Of a DNA stretch of 64,000 nt, positions 8,583 to 18,969 are shown piece after piece. A program made the translations under genes and the position numbers. Each line of letters begins with the position of its first letter. Within the stretch, counting starts at the first letter, position 1. Source of the stretch: a candidate division WOR-3 bacterium (GTDB lineage: Bacteria > Hydrothermota > Tepidihabitantia > Tepidihabitantales > Tepidihabitantaceae); NCBI GenBank assembly GCA_965649225.1, contig CBFGJX010000005.1:32001-96000 (forward strand). The letters run 5' to 3'. The notes under the pieces are model-generated. The model was not told the origin of the DNA. It was given only the letters and a program-made list of their open reading frames with translations, and ran no database searches.

Positions 8583-11500
8583 GTCGAGCGTCCGGAGTTG
8601 TCCGACAGCCGTTGCTGCTGTTGATCGTGCTGCTTTCGACAGCAGCCGCCCAGTCGCTTTATGAGCAGGAGCGGGTTGTGCCCCGTCCGGACTACCAGAA
8701 CGGGGTGGTGTATCTGGAGCGCTGGCGCGGCGAACGGTACCTGGGTCTGGAGCAGGTGCTGCCGCTGACAGAGTATCTCTCTTGGGAGGTCGGCAGTACG
8801 CTGCGTTCCGGCTGGCAGGAGCGGGTCCGGCGCGAGGGCGACAAACGACGACTGATGACCGATGTTTCAGGCTTGATCCCCGATATCGAGCTGCCCCGTC
8901 TGCCGATATTTGGCGAAGGCAGCCGAATCGATATATCGGGGAGGGATCGGATTACTGTAGGGGGGAGACAGACTTTTCAACGCGGCACTTTCGGTGGCGC
9001 CTCACGGGGATTGTTGCCGGAGCTGAAACTGGAGCAGCAGCTGGCGGTGACCTTGAACGGTACGATCGGTGACCGGACGAAGGTCAACATTGATCATGAC
9101 TCGGAGCGTGACCAGGCCAAGAACAAGGTCAAGCTGACATACACCGGTACTGAAGATGAAATCGTCCAGTCGGTCGAACTGGGCGATACCAGACTGTCGA
9201 TACCCGGCACCGGTTATACCGGCGACCTGCCGGCACTGCAGGGCCTTTTCGGGGCAACGGCAAAAGGAAAGCTGGCGGGAGTTGACGTCTATGCTGTCGC
9301 CTCGCGTGAGGAATCCCAGGGGCAGAGTCAGAGTTTCTCCGGTCGCCGGCGGGTTTTTGTCGACACGATCCGCTGCGACCGTTACCTGGTACGTCGGTTC
9401 TACCGATTGCCGGTCGAGGGGACGATTCGTACTCTGCGGGTGTACGTCGACGACAAAAACCCGCTCAACAATCAGGCCGCCCAACCGGCCATCGCGACGA
9501 CACTGCTTTCTCACCCTGAGTCGGTGCCGGCAAACTGGAATTATGACCGGGCAGCCGGTGATTTTGACCTGAAGACGCTCGGACGCGACTATTTTGTTCA
9601 TCCCAACAATGTTATCGAGTTTGCCACCGCTCTCGGTTCGAACCACGTTGCCGGATTTGTCGCCTATACGGCGACTGAGTCGCTGGGCGGACGCTACCGG
9701 GGTGACACGCTGATTATCGCGATGTTGAAGCCCGAGCTGGTGGATTCGCTGTCCGGAGTCTGGGATTGCGAGATGCGCAACGTCTATGGTTTGTCTCAGA
9801 CCGGGGTGACTTTGAAATCGTTGCGGATTTACCTCGACCTGCCTTCCGGGCAGGATCCTGAAACCGATACCGCTGGTCTCAATGCCGGCCGTCGATTTAC
9901 CCAGATTCTCGGGCTGGATCCGGATGGCGACGGTCGAATTCAGTATCCAGAGTTTGAGGCCAGCACCGGGCTGATCCGTTTCCCTGGACGGCGTCCGTTT
10001 GACACTTCGGCGCTGTCGGTACGCGACCGAGTCATCTACCGGAAAGATCCGCAGACCTTGTTACCCGGTGAGGGACGGTTCTACTACATGGTCGCCGAGT
10101 ACTCGAGTGCAGTCAGTTCGTACTACCTTGGACAGCCGGACATAACCGAAGGTTCGGAAAAGGTTTTCGTCGACGGCCGACAGCTGACCCGCGGCAGCGA
10201 CTACACAATTGATTACAAGTCAGGTGTGGTGACGTTCGTCGGCGATCTGCCGGCCGATGCGGACATCCGGGTCACTTATGAGTACCGACCACTGTTTTCA
10301 ATCGCCCAGAAGGCAGTAATTGGAACCCGGGCTGAAACCAAGCTTGGGGAGCGGGGCAAGGCTGGGGCGAGTCTGTTCTATCGCAGTGAGGGGACCGGTG
10401 AGGAGAAGCCAAGTCTGGGCAGTGAACCGTTCACCCGGACGATTGCCGAAGCAGATGCCAGCTGGTCGTTCGTTTCCGAGCAGGCAGCCGCCTTTCTGGA
10501 CGGGTTGCCGCTGCTGCGGGCGCAGACACCGGTGAGTGTTTCGGCTTCCACCGAGGCGGCCGTGTCGCTGCCGAATCCGAACACGCGTGGTTCGGCCTGG
10601 CTGGACGATTTTCAAGGCACCAATGTCCGCCGCAGCGTTGTGCTCAGCTCCATACTCTGGTCCTTTGCTTCAGTTCCGGCCGGCCGTGACACTGCAGGTT
10701 TTGCCAGTGTGCCGCTGCGTTGGTATAACCCGCCGTTCCGGGCCGATACCTTTGCCGGCCCTTATTCCGGTGGAGGCAGAGAGCTGGAGGACGAAGTCCC
10801 GAGTTTGATGCGGGTAGTTTTCGATCCCACGGCCCGCCCCGATGTCTGGGCCGGGATTATGACCAACGTTTCGCAGATTGGCATGAACCTGCGTGATGTT
10901 GAGAATCTGCAGCTGGTGTTGCGTTCGCGGCGGGGTCGAGGACGGATTCATGTCTCGATCGGCATGAGCATTGACGAAGATGCTCCCCGGCGTTCGCGGC
11001 GCGGCCGGATTGTCGGCTACAACGGTGTGCTTGATTCCGAAGACCGGGATGGCAACGGGCAGATCGATATCTCGGAGGATACCGGATTGGACGGTGTCCC
11101 GGGGCCGGATTCGCTGTACGAGCAGAACCCGGACGATGACGGCAACGATGACTACCATGTTACGGAGAATCCGAACGGAACTGAGGGCAACAACCGACTG
11201 GATTCCGAGGACCTGGACCGCAATGGTTTCTCGCGCTACAACCACTACTTTGAGTTCACCGTTGAGCTTGGCGACGAGCGTTACTTCTCTTCGTTGCGCA
11301 ACGGCTGGCAGCTCTGTCGAATCAGCCTGCGGGACAGCCTGCTTTTTACCGTTGTCGGACAGCCCAAGTGGGAAGACATCAGGACCGTGCGCTTCTGGCT
11401 TGATGGCTTCGATGGCCCCGACACTATTGATCTCTACTCGATGGAGTTTACGGGTACGAGCTGGCTCAGCCCGACTGTGCGGCCATTGCGCCCGACCAAT

Positions 11501-14125
11501 CTGATACCGGTTGACACCAGCGAAAAAGTCTGGGTTGCCGAAATCTCACGCAAGACCGACACCAGCTATGTCCCGCCCGTCGAGCCACGCCGTGACCTGC
11601 AAGGCCAGTACCAGATCGATCCCGGACTCCTGTTCGGTTACCGTAATCTCTACGGCAACCGGCGGGCGCTTGTCAGCAAGGCAACGACGGAACGCGAAGA
11701 CTATCGCGATTACACTGACCTGCGGGTTTACGTTCACGACGATGGCAACAATCTAGGCTGGCTGCTGCGACTTGGCAGTGATACCGCTAACTTCTACGAG
11801 TTCGCGGCCCCGATTACCAGCGGGATGCCGGTACCGGGCAGAGACGGACGCTGGTATGAGTTTGTGGTTCGGCTCGATTCCTTTCCGCCCTTGAAACCGA
11901 GGCGTGATTCTGCTCAAGCCACCGGTATCTGGGGCGACGGCCGCTACCGGGTACTCGGTTTTCCGTCGTTGTCAGATATCCGCTATACCGCCATCGGCAT
12001 TGACAACCCGGGCGAGCGCAAGCTTTCCGGTGGCGTGTGGTTCGATGAATTGCGGCTGGCTGGCGCGCGTCGCGAGCCGGGGTACGGATTCCAGGCCCGG
12101 ACAGCATTGACGCTGTCTGATTTCGGCAGCGCGGCCGTCAGCTACAGCTACTCGGACCCGAATTTCCGCCGTTTCAGCGAAGGCCGGGGAGTGCGAGCCG
12201 GCGGTTTCGGCGATAATCTGTCATTCAGCGCTCAGGCGAATATCGACCGGTTCCTGCCTCAGGATTGGGGTTTGTCACTGCCGTTCAGCTATACGATGGC
12301 GCGGCTCGGCAGTGAACCCAAATACTCGCCGGTGTACCCTGATCTGCGACTGGCTGAGATCGGTGCCGCTGCCGATACTTTGCGTTCGGTCGGGTGGTCG
12401 GAAGAACTTGCGTTAAGCAACGTACGCAAGAGTCGTTCCAAGAGCAAAGTTCTGAACTATACGCTCGAAGCAATGGGGCTTTCGTGGCGGCGGCGCCGGG
12501 CGGCCAGTCAAAGCCCGCTGGCCCGGGATTCCACTTTCAGCCGGTCGCTGCAATGGAGCTGGGCAGTCAATCCTGACTGGAAGGTTGAGCTGGGCGAAAC
12601 CGAACTGGCGCTTTTCCCCCAGAGTGTTCAGCTCGGTCTGGCTAACGGTTATCAGCTTGGAGTACGCGGGACCCGGTTGCGGGCTGACAGTCTGTTCCGC
12701 TTCGATACTCTGCTTGGCAACGTCGTCACCGCCAACTTTTCGACCGAGTATTCGCCGTTGGAGGACCTGACGTTCGAGTATTCGGATGAGGCTGAACGCG
12801 ACCTGATTGTGCCCAATCCGGACAGCTTGCTGTTTGTCAAACTCGGCAGCGAAGCGGGGCGGGAGCAGAGTTTCGGCGCATCGTGGAACGTGGAGATTGC
12901 CGACTGGCTGAACCCGAGTTTCGATTACAATGCCGAGTATGATGACGAGCGGCCGAAGACTGGTCAGCGTTACGCTGACTATCGTAATATCGGCAACAGC
13001 GGTGATCTTGATGTTTCGCTCGGCCTTGACCTGCCGGAGTTGCTGGGCCGGGTGAAGCCGCCATCACCGAAACCGAAAGCTGCTCCGTCGCCTGAGGGCG
13101 ACTCGGCCGCCGGCGGCGACAAGACGGTCAAAGTGTCCGCAACTCCGCTTGACGGACTCCGGCGGGCTGCCAACTTCCTGTCGCGTTCGCTGGAAACGGT
13201 TGATGCCAGCTGGAGTCTGAGCCGGAACAGCGATATTCTCGGCATTGCAACCAGCGCCCCGTGGCATTACCGGCTTGGGTTCTCGGATCGATTTGACTAT
13301 GACAGCCTCCGTCCGCCAACCGCTGCGACCCGGGAATTGCGTCAGACTGCCCGGGTTTCTTCCGGGGCGCGGCTGGGCGATTTCAGCGCTCGGCTGGGGT
13401 GGGACTGGTCAGTGGGGCGTAACTCCAATGCCATGCTCAACCAAACAATCATTGACCGCAGCGCGACCTTCCCGGACGCTCAGTTGACGCTGGGACGACT
13501 GCAGCGATTGTTCGCCCGGCACGCTTCCGATTCGAAGCTGACGACCTCGTGGCGCCGGCGTCAGGATTTGGGTGGAACTGCAATCAGTTTCGAGGGAGGA
13601 GAGAGTCTGGCGATGGTGGGTCGGACCGATCGAAGCAGCGACGATTTCAATCCGCTGTTGTCCTGGCAGACGACCTGGAAGAAGCGGGTCGGCACGACGG
13701 TTGCGCTTAACTACAGTCACACATCCGCCACCAACTATCTGGCGGAGAACGGTCTGCGGCGCAACGTGACCGACACCCGCACTCGGGGCGGCAATCTCTC
13801 GCTGTCTTATAGTTTCTCGGCACCGCAGGGGATAAAGCTGCCGTTACTGAGCAGGGTGAAATTCACTTCCGACCTCTCGTTGAGTGCAACGATGCGCTAT
13901 TCCAATTCCACCGGCCGACTGTATCAGTACAATGAACTTGGGACACTGGCTGACACAACCGCACTTTCCAACGACAATTCCTTCGGGACGACACTGGCGG
14001 CATCGTACCGGTTCTCCCGCAGCATTGAGGCCGGGCTCAATTCTGGCTACAGCTACAGCAAGGGTCTGACACCAATAGTCACTGAGACATTCGATCTCAA
14101 CCTCTGGGTTCTCTTCCGCTTCTGA
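8579..14125 (+). CDS. sprA: SprA/Sov-like large outer-membrane beta-barrel translocon (T9SS-like)
   Basis: Signal peptide; GTEDEIVQSVELGD, GLFG.TAKGKL, GSEKVFVDGRQLTRGSDYTIDYKSG, SEDLDRNG, VWFDELRL motifs; many amphipathic beta-strands; C-terminal Phe; 1848 aa. Confidence 0.85.
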   Translation: MSRASGVVRQPLLLLIVLLSTAAAQSLYEQERVVPRPDYQNGVVYLERWRGERYLGLEQVLPLTEYLSWEVGSTLRSGWQERVRREGDKRRLMTDVSGLIPDIELPRLPIFGEGSRIDISGRDRITVGGRQTFQRGTFGGASRGLLPELKLEQQLAVTLNGTIGDRTKVNIDHDSERDQAKNKVKLTYTGTEDEIVQSVELGDTRLSIPGTGYTGDLPALQGLFGATAKGKLAGVDVYAVASREESQGQSQSFSGRRRVFVDTIRCDRYLVRRFYRLPVEGTIRTLRVYVDDKNPLNNQAAQPAIATTLLSHPESVPANWNYDRAAGDFDLKTLGRDYFVHPNNVIEFATALGSNHVAGFVAYTATESLGGRYRGDTLIIAMLKPELVDSLSGVWDCEMRNVYGLSQTGVTLKSLRIYLDLPSGQDPETDTAGLNAGRRFTQILGLDPDGDGRIQYPEFEASTGLIRFPGRRPFDTSALSVRDRVIYRKDPQTLLPGEGRFYYMVAEYSSAVSSYYLGQPDITEGSEKVFVDGRQLTRGSDYTIDYKSGVVTFVGDLPADADIRVTYEYRPLFSIAQKAVIGTRAETKLGERGKAGASLFYRSEGTGEEKPSLGSEPFTRTIAEADASWSFVSEQAAAFLDGLPLLRAQTPVSVSASTEAAVSLPNPNTRGSAWLDDFQGTNVRRSVVLSSILWSFASVPAGRDTAGFASVPLRWYNPPFRADTFAGPYSGGGRELEDEVPSLMRVVFDPTARPDVWAGIMTNVSQIGMNLRDVENLQLVLRSRRGRGRIHVSIGMSIDEDAPRRSRRGRIVGYNGVLDSEDRDGNGQIDISEDTGLDGVPGPDSLYEQNPDDDGNDDYHVTENPNGTEGNNRLDSEDLDRNGFSRYNHYFEFTVELGDERYFSSLRNGWQLCRISLRDSLLFTVVGQPKWEDIRTVRFWLDGFDGPDTIDLYSMEFTGTSWLSPTVRPLRPTNLIPVDTSEKVWVAEISRKTDTSYVPPVEPRRDLQGQYQIDPGLLFGYRNLYGNRRALVSKATTEREDYRDYTDLRVYVHDDGNNLGWLLRLGSDTANFYEFAAPITSGMPVPGRDGRWYEFVVRLDSFPPLKPRRDSAQATGIWGDGRYRVLGFPSLSDIRYTAIGIDNPGERKLSGGVWFDELRLAGARREPGYGFQARTALTLSDFGSAAVSYSYSDPNFRRFSEGRGVRAGGFGDNLSFSAQANIDRFLPQDWGLSLPFSYTMARLGSEPKYSPVYPDLRLAEIGAAADTLRSVGWSEELALSNVRKSRSKSKVLNYTLEAMGLSWRRRRAASQSPLARDSTFSRSLQWSWAVNPDWKVELGETELALFPQSVQLGLANGYQLGVRGTRLRADSLFRFDTLLGNVVTANFSTEYSPLEDLTFEYSDEAERDLIVPNPDSLLFVKLGSEAGREQSFGASWNVEIADWLNPSFDYNAEYDDERPKTGQRYADYRNIGNSGDLDVSLGLDLPELLGRVKPPSPKPKAAPSPEGDSAAGGDKTVKVSATPLDGLRRAANFLSRSLETVDASWSLSRNSDILGIATSAPWHYRLGFSDRFDYDSLRPPTAATRELRQTARVSSGARLGDFSARLGWDWSVGRNSNAMLNQTIIDRSATFPDAQLTLGRLQRLFARHASDSKLTTSWRRRQDLGGTAISFEGGESLAMVGRTDRSSDDFNPLLSWQTTWKKRVGTTVALNYSHTSATNYLAENGLRRNVTDTRTRGGNLSLSYSFSAPQGIKLPLLSRVKFTSDLSLSATMRYSNSTGRLYQYNELGTLADTTALSNDNSFGTTLAASYRFSRSIEAGLNSGYSYSKGLTPIVTETFDLNLWVLFRF

Positions 14126-14514
14126 TGAATCAGCGCGAGCGCACCGCTCTGATCTTCATCGTGGCGTGTCTCGCTCTTGGAACGGGTGCGACCGTGCTGC
14201 GTAGTGTACGACAGGCCCGTGCCCGGAACAGCATTGTCTTCGCGGACAGCGCAGCATTGGTTGACCAGGTGATCAGGCCCGGTCCCATCAATCTCAATTC
14301 GGCAACCGCGGCCGAATTACAACTGCTGCCCGGTATTGGTCCGGTGCTGGCACAGCGGATTGTGGAATATCGGGGACGCTGCGGTCCGTTCCGGCGCGTT
14401 GCCGATCTGCAGTCGGTGACGGGTATCGGCCCGAAACGACTGGCGTTGCTGGCGGAGCTAGTTACGGTCGGCTCGGACTCGGTTCAGCCCCGGGCGTGCG
14501 GCGCAGGGCGTTGA
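14125..14514 (+). CDS. comEA: ComEA-like helix-hairpin-helix DNA-binding membrane protein
   Basis: N-terminal TM; INLNSATAAELQLLPGIGPVLAQRIVEYR..GPF....L..VTGIGPK. Confidence 0.88.
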   Translation: MNQRERTALIFIVACLALGTGATVLRSVRQARARNSIVFADSAALVDQVIRPGPINLNSATAAELQLLPGIGPVLAQRIVEYRGRCGPFRRVADLQSVTGIGPKRLALLAELVTVGSDSVQPRACGAGR

Positions 14515-15568
14515 GAACAGCATAGTGAAAAAGGTCAGCCGGAACATTCAGCCGGCTGTCCTCGAGTCGCCCAAGCAAATGATGAATGGCCCGGCGGAGA
14601 TACGCGGGTTGGAGCGTCGGTGCCAGTTCGGCAAGTCCCGGCACGGCAGCAGCCAGTGCCGATGCTTGCCCCAGCCGGATACGGAGCGCCGCACGCAACA
14701 GCATGATGAAGGCCCTGGCTGTCGCGGCAGGCGAGATGTCGCGCAGCTGATCGATGGCGCTGAGCAGGGCCCGTGAGCCGCCGGACGCTGCGTTGAGGAA
14801 GTAGTCGACCACCGCCGGGGGCAGGACACTGTCCGGCGATTCAAGGTATCGCCAGGCATTTCCCAACGAACCTTCGGCGAGAGCGGCAGCCAGGGATGCC
14901 GCCTTGGGGTCGGCACCGGCAGCGACAAGCTGTCCGGTGATAGCTTCTTCAGTCAGTTCGGCGAAGCGTACTGTTTGACAACGCGAACGGATTGTCGGCG
15001 GCAGACTGCCGGGATGCGATGTCGTGAGTATGAAGCTCGTGGCTGACTGCGGCTCTTCAAGAGTCTTCAGCAAAGCATTGGCGGCCTGTTCGCGGAGGGA
15101 GTCGGCGCGCAGAATTATGATGAAGCGACGTCGGGCTGATTGCGGAGCACTGCTGTTTTGTCGGCAGAGCCAGCGGACTGTCCCGATCGGGATGTGGTAG
15201 CTGGGTTCAGATTCGGGCGCACGGCAGGACAGATTCCATTCCGCCGGTTCCGGCGGCGGTTCCTGATTGTCGCCGTCGTCGCTTCGGCGGCGTTGCGGGA
15301 CTGGAAAAGCGATCAGCACATCGGGATGATTGAGTCGGGCGATGAGCCGGCATGACTGGCATTCCCCACAGGGTTTCAACTGCTGCGATTCGCAGTTGAC
15401 CGCTTGGGCAAAGCGCAGCGCGGCGGTGCGTTTGCCGACACCGTCCCGGCCGACGAAAAGCAGTGACGAAACACGGCCAGCGATGAAAGTCCGGTGGAGC
15501 AGGGTCTCGGCGTGTTCCTGGCCAATCAGGCCGAGCTGAAACGGCCGGCGGTCAGTTTCACGGCGCAT
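14462..15568 (-). CDS. holB: DNA polymerase III subunit delta'
   Basis: LFVGRDGVGK, C..PCGECQSC, HPD, AANALLKTLEEP, TIRSRCQ. Confidence 0.9.
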   Translation of the reverse strand: MRRETDRRPFQLGLIGQEHAETLLHRTFIAGRVSSLLFVGRDGVGKRTAALRFAQAVNCESQQLKPCGECQSCRLIARLNHPDVLIAFPVPQRRRSDDGDNQEPPPEPAEWNLSCRAPESEPSYHIPIGTVRWLCRQNSSAPQSARRRFIIILRADSLREQAANALLKTLEEPQSATSFILTTSHPGSLPPTIRSRCQTVRFAELTEEAITGQLVAAGADPKAASLAAALAEGSLGNAWRYLESPDSVLPPAVVDYFLNAASGGSRALLSAIDQLRDISPAATARAFIMLLRAALRIRLGQASALAAAVPGLAELAPTLQPAYLRRAIHHLLGRLEDSRLNVPADLFHYAVLNALRRTPGAEPSPSRP

Positions 15569-16733
15569 TTTTCAACCAGGGAGCCGGATCAAGCGGGCGT
15601 CCTTCTTTGCGCAGTTCAAAGTGCAGGTAGTCGGCGGCGCGGCCCAGAATCGTCGAGGGGGTGACCGACTGATCGACCGAAACAGCAATTTCAGCCAGAT
15701 TGCCATACAGTGTGTAACAGGCGTCGCCGTGATCGATGATGACGAGATTGCCATAGCCCAGAAAGCGGTCAGCGTAAGCGACCCGACCCGGGGCAACGGC
15801 AAAAACCGGGCTGCTGGAGTCTGTTTTTATGTCAATGCCAAGGTTGTTGGTGCGGGTTTTGTAGCGAGGGTGTACCTGAGACCCGAAGCCGGCGATCACC
15901 GAGCCCTTGACTGGCCAGGGTAGCTTGCCCTTGAGCGCTTCGAGCCCGCCCGTCCCGGATTCTCTTGCCCGCCGGGCCATCAATTCGGCTATCAGGGCTT
16001 GAATCCGCTGGCTCGCAGCCGTCAGTTCTTCGGACAGGGCTCTCTTGGCGGCCTTCTGGGAGCGGATCGATTTTATCGCCGTTGTCTCCGCAGCGCGGGC
16101 GGTGAGCAGATTCCTCTCCTGGGTCAATTGCTCGTTCTGCAGCCGGTCGAGTTCCTCGTAAGCTGCCAGCAGGCGCGCCCGTTGCGTGATGAGTTCGCCG
16201 TTGAGCGTCCGCAGGCGTTCGATGCTGGCGGCGTCAGCACGCGATATCCAGCGGAGATAAAGTGACCGGCGGTAGACTTCGGGTAGCGACCGGGTTGCGA
16301 GTATTGCTTCAAGCGGGAAGAGCCGGCCGTACTTGTAGAGGCGAACCAGTCGCCGGGCAACTGTCTGGCGCAGGCGGGAGACCTCTTCTTCGGTGCTGCG
16401 AATCCTGGCCGCGGTCTGGGCAATGTCAGTGGTCCTCGCCGCAATCTGGGCACGCAGTTCGTTGAGGTAGCGCCGGGTAAGCGTGATGCGGCGGTCCAAG
16501 GCATCAAGTCGGGCGAGCCCGGCCTGTTCGCGCAGAGCAAGCAGCGAATCGTCGCGGCGGGCCTCGTCCAATCGTTGCTGAATGTCACGCAACTGCCGTT
16601 GCTGGTTTTCGATTTCAGCGTCAACGGTCTGGGCATAGGCAACTGTCAAGCCGAGAAGAACAAAAAGAAGCCAGTGTGCGGATCGAGGGACAGCCCGAAG
16701 AGACGAATCGACACCGGTGGCCGAACAGATCAT
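15558..16733 (-). CDS. envC: Murein hydrolase activator EnvC-like (coiled coil + degenerate M23 domain)
   Basis: Signal peptide, long coiled coil, KGKLPWPVKG, GIDI, GYGNLVIIDH, TLYGN, LHFELR; downstream of ftsEX. Confidence 0.85.
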   Translation of the reverse strand: MICSATGVDSSLRAVPRSAHWLLFVLLGLTVAYAQTVDAEIENQQRQLRDIQQRLDEARRDDSLLALREQAGLARLDALDRRITLTRRYLNELRAQIAARTTDIAQTAARIRSTEEEVSRLRQTVARRLVRLYKYGRLFPLEAILATRSLPEVYRRSLYLRWISRADAASIERLRTLNGELITQRARLLAAYEELDRLQNEQLTQERNLLTARAAETTAIKSIRSQKAAKRALSEELTAASQRIQALIAELMARRARESGTGGLEALKGKLPWPVKGSVIAGFGSQVHPRYKTRTNNLGIDIKTDSSSPVFAVAPGRVAYADRFLGYGNLVIIDHGDACYTLYGNLAEIAVSVDQSVTPSTILGRAADYLHFELRKEGRPLDPAPWLKNAP

Positions 16734-17605
16734 CGCTGGACGCGGCGTGGACTCTGCTGGGGCATGACCGAGCCGAGCGCGGTGGCGGCGCCGGTGAACC
16801 CGAGCAGCAGCCCAAGCAGAAGATTGACCGCCAACACTGTGAGCGTCGGGAAGATAGGGGCAGCGATGGCGGTACTGATGATTCTGTGCAGACCAAAGGT
16901 AAGCAGGAACGATGCCAGCCCGCCGGTGAGGCCCTGCAGGGCTCCTTCAATCATGAAAGGCAGGCGAACCGCAACACGCGGGGCGCCGACCAGTTCCATT
17001 ATCTCAATTTCCCGGCGGCGGGCGGTGACAGCGGCCTCGACGGTGCCAAAAACGATGAAGGCGACTGAAAGGGATACGATGGCCAGTACCAGCGCATCAA
17101 GGATCAGGATTGTCCGCATGATCCGGTCAAGGCGTGCCAGCGTTTCGCGCCCGGACCAGACTTCGGTGACGCCCGGGATCAAGCTGGCCTTGCGTTCGAT
17201 CTCGGCGACAAGCTGAGAAGGAGCGAAACCGCCGGAAAGGGCGATGCGAATCGAGGCCGGCAGAGGGTTATCAGTCAAAGCCGAGATGAGTGTGGAGTCG
17301 GGGCCGAGGTCTGCGCGCAGCTCGTCCAGGGCAGCCTGTTTTGAAACATAGCGGGCGGAGGCGACGCCGGCCAGCGTTTCGATTCGAGCACGCACCAGTT
17401 CCGGGTCGGCATCGTCGGCCAGAAAGGCGTAAACCTCAACCCGACGCCCAGCCCACCGGGCCAGCGTGATGACATTGGCAGTGACAGCTATGAAGATCGA
17501 CAACAGTGTCAGGCAGATCGCCAGCACCGCAGTGGAAAGAAAGAATCCGCCCCGACGACGGCTGATGCCTCGCCAGGTTTCGGCGATAATGTGCTCAGCT
17601 CTCAT
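16730..17605 (-). CDS. ftsX: Cell division permease FtsX
   Basis: 4 TM helices, YVSKQAAL, NPLPAS, RRREIEIMELVGA..PFMIEG. Confidence 0.92.
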   Translation of the reverse strand: MRAEHIIAETWRGISRRRGGFFLSTAVLAICLTLLSIFIAVTANVITLARWAGRRVEVYAFLADDADPELVRARIETLAGVASARYVSKQAALDELRADLGPDSTLISALTDNPLPASIRIALSGGFAPSQLVAEIERKASLIPGVTEVWSGRETLARLDRIMRTILILDALVLAIVSLSVAFIVFGTVEAAVTARRREIEIMELVGAPRVAVRLPFMIEGALQGLTGGLASFLLTFGLHRIISTAIAAPIFPTLTVLAVNLLLGLLLGFTGAATALGSVMPQQSPRRVQR

Positions 17606-18308
17606 CGCTGACAATCCTCCCGGCATCGAGAGTTACCCGTCGCCGTCTGGTACTGGCGGCAAGGTCGGCGTCGTGGGTGGCCATGATTACGGTTGCCCCG
17701 GCGTAGTTGATGTCCTTGAGGATGTTGAGGATGTCGGCAGAAGCGCGGGGGTCGATGTTACCGGTCGGCTCGTCGGCCAGAACCAGCTCTGGTTCCTTCA
17801 CGAGCGCACGGGCGATGGAAGTTTTCTGCTGTTCACCACCCGAGAGCTGGGCCGGGAAAGAGTCTTTCTTGTGAATGAGCCCAAGCCGGTTCAGAGTGTC
17901 GTTGATTCGGGACGGAATGACATCCGGACTGGTGCCGATGACCCGGAGAACAAATTCAAGGTTTTCATATACCGTTCGGTCCGGCAGCAGTTTGAAGTCC
18001 TGAAAGATGATGCCGATCCGACGGCGCAGTTCCGGCAGCAGCCGATCCGGCATTGTCCCGAGATTGTAACCCAAAACCCGGATTGTGCCGTCGTCGGCAA
18101 GGTCCTGGCGGTAGAGCAGGCGGAGCAGAGTGGTCTTGCCGGCTCCGGTCGCCCCGAGTACGAAGACAAAATCACCCTTGTCGATCCGGAGGTCGATTTC
18201 TGTCAGTGCCGGCCAGCCGTTGTAAAGTCGCGAGACTCGTTCCAGCTCAACCGCAAAGGGCGATTCGGGGTTGCCGTAAGCACGCTGGCGGTCATCGATT
18301 GGTGCCAT
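17595..18308 (-). CDS. ftsE: Cell division ATP-binding protein FtsE
   Basis: [41 protein letters not shown]. Confidence 0.93.
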   Translation of the reverse strand: MAPIDDRQRAYGNPESPFAVELERVSRLYNGWPALTEIDLRIDKGDFVFVLGATGAGKTTLLRLLYRQDLADDGTIRVLGYNLGTMPDRLLPELRRRIGIIFQDFKLLPDRTVYENLEFVLRVIGTSPDVIPSRINDTLNRLGLIHKKDSFPAQLSGGEQQKTSIARALVKEPELVLADEPTGNIDPRASADILNILKDINYAGATVIMATHDADLAASTRRRRVTLDAGRIVSDES

Positions 18309-18309
18309 A

Positions 18310-18969
18310 TCAAGACAGGTAAAGTTTGAGAATCTGGTGACAGGCTTTGACGGCGTCGAGCGGGCCGATTTTCTTGCCCGTGCGACGCGCCCGGTAGCTG
18401 ATCGGCACTTCGACGATGCGGCGCCGATGCCGCAGCAGTTTGGCGGCTATTTCCGGCTCGATTTCAAAACCATTTGCGGTCAGGTTCAGCCGGGCAAACA
18501 AGGGCAGGCGGACTGCCTTGTAACAAGTTTCCATGTCGGTGAGACAGCCTCCAAAAAGAAGGTCGGTGATGAAGGTCAGAAAGTAGTTGGCAAGCCGGCT
18601 GGCAAAGAGGAAGCTGCCGTGACCGCGGACGCGGGAGCCAAACACTGCGTCGACGCCGCTTTGGGCGAATGGCCGCAACAGCTTCTCCCAATCGGCTGGG
18701 TCGTATTCCAGATCCGCGTCCTGGATGATGGCAACGTCGCCGCAGGCGGCGGCAAGGGCAGTTCTGATGGCGGCACCCTTGCCCCGGTTGGTTTCGTGAC
18801 AGATCAGACGGATACCGTCGGTCCGGCGCAGGATGTCGCGGGTGCCGTCACTTGAACAGTCATCGACCACGATAATCTCTTTTTCGACCGGCACCGACTT
18901 GACACGCCCCAGGACCGTAGCGATCGATTGTGCCTCGTTGTAGGCAGGAATCAGTACACTGAGTTTCAT
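18310..18969 (-). CDS. GT2 glycosyltransferase (DPM1-like polyprenol-phosphate glycosyltransferase)
   Basis: IPAYNE, VDDCSSDGT, NRGKGAA, QDADLEYDP, TDMETCYK. Confidence 0.9.
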   Translation of the reverse strand: MKLSVLIPAYNEAQSIATVLGRVKSVPVEKEIIVVDDCSSDGTRDILRRTDGIRLICHETNRGKGAAIRTALAAACGDVAIIQDADLEYDPADWEKLLRPFAQSGVDAVFGSRVRGHGSFLFASRLANYFLTFITDLLFGGCLTDMETCYKAVRLPLFARLNLTANGFEIEPEIAAKLLRHRRRIVEVPISYRARRTGKKIGPLDAVKACHQILKLYLS

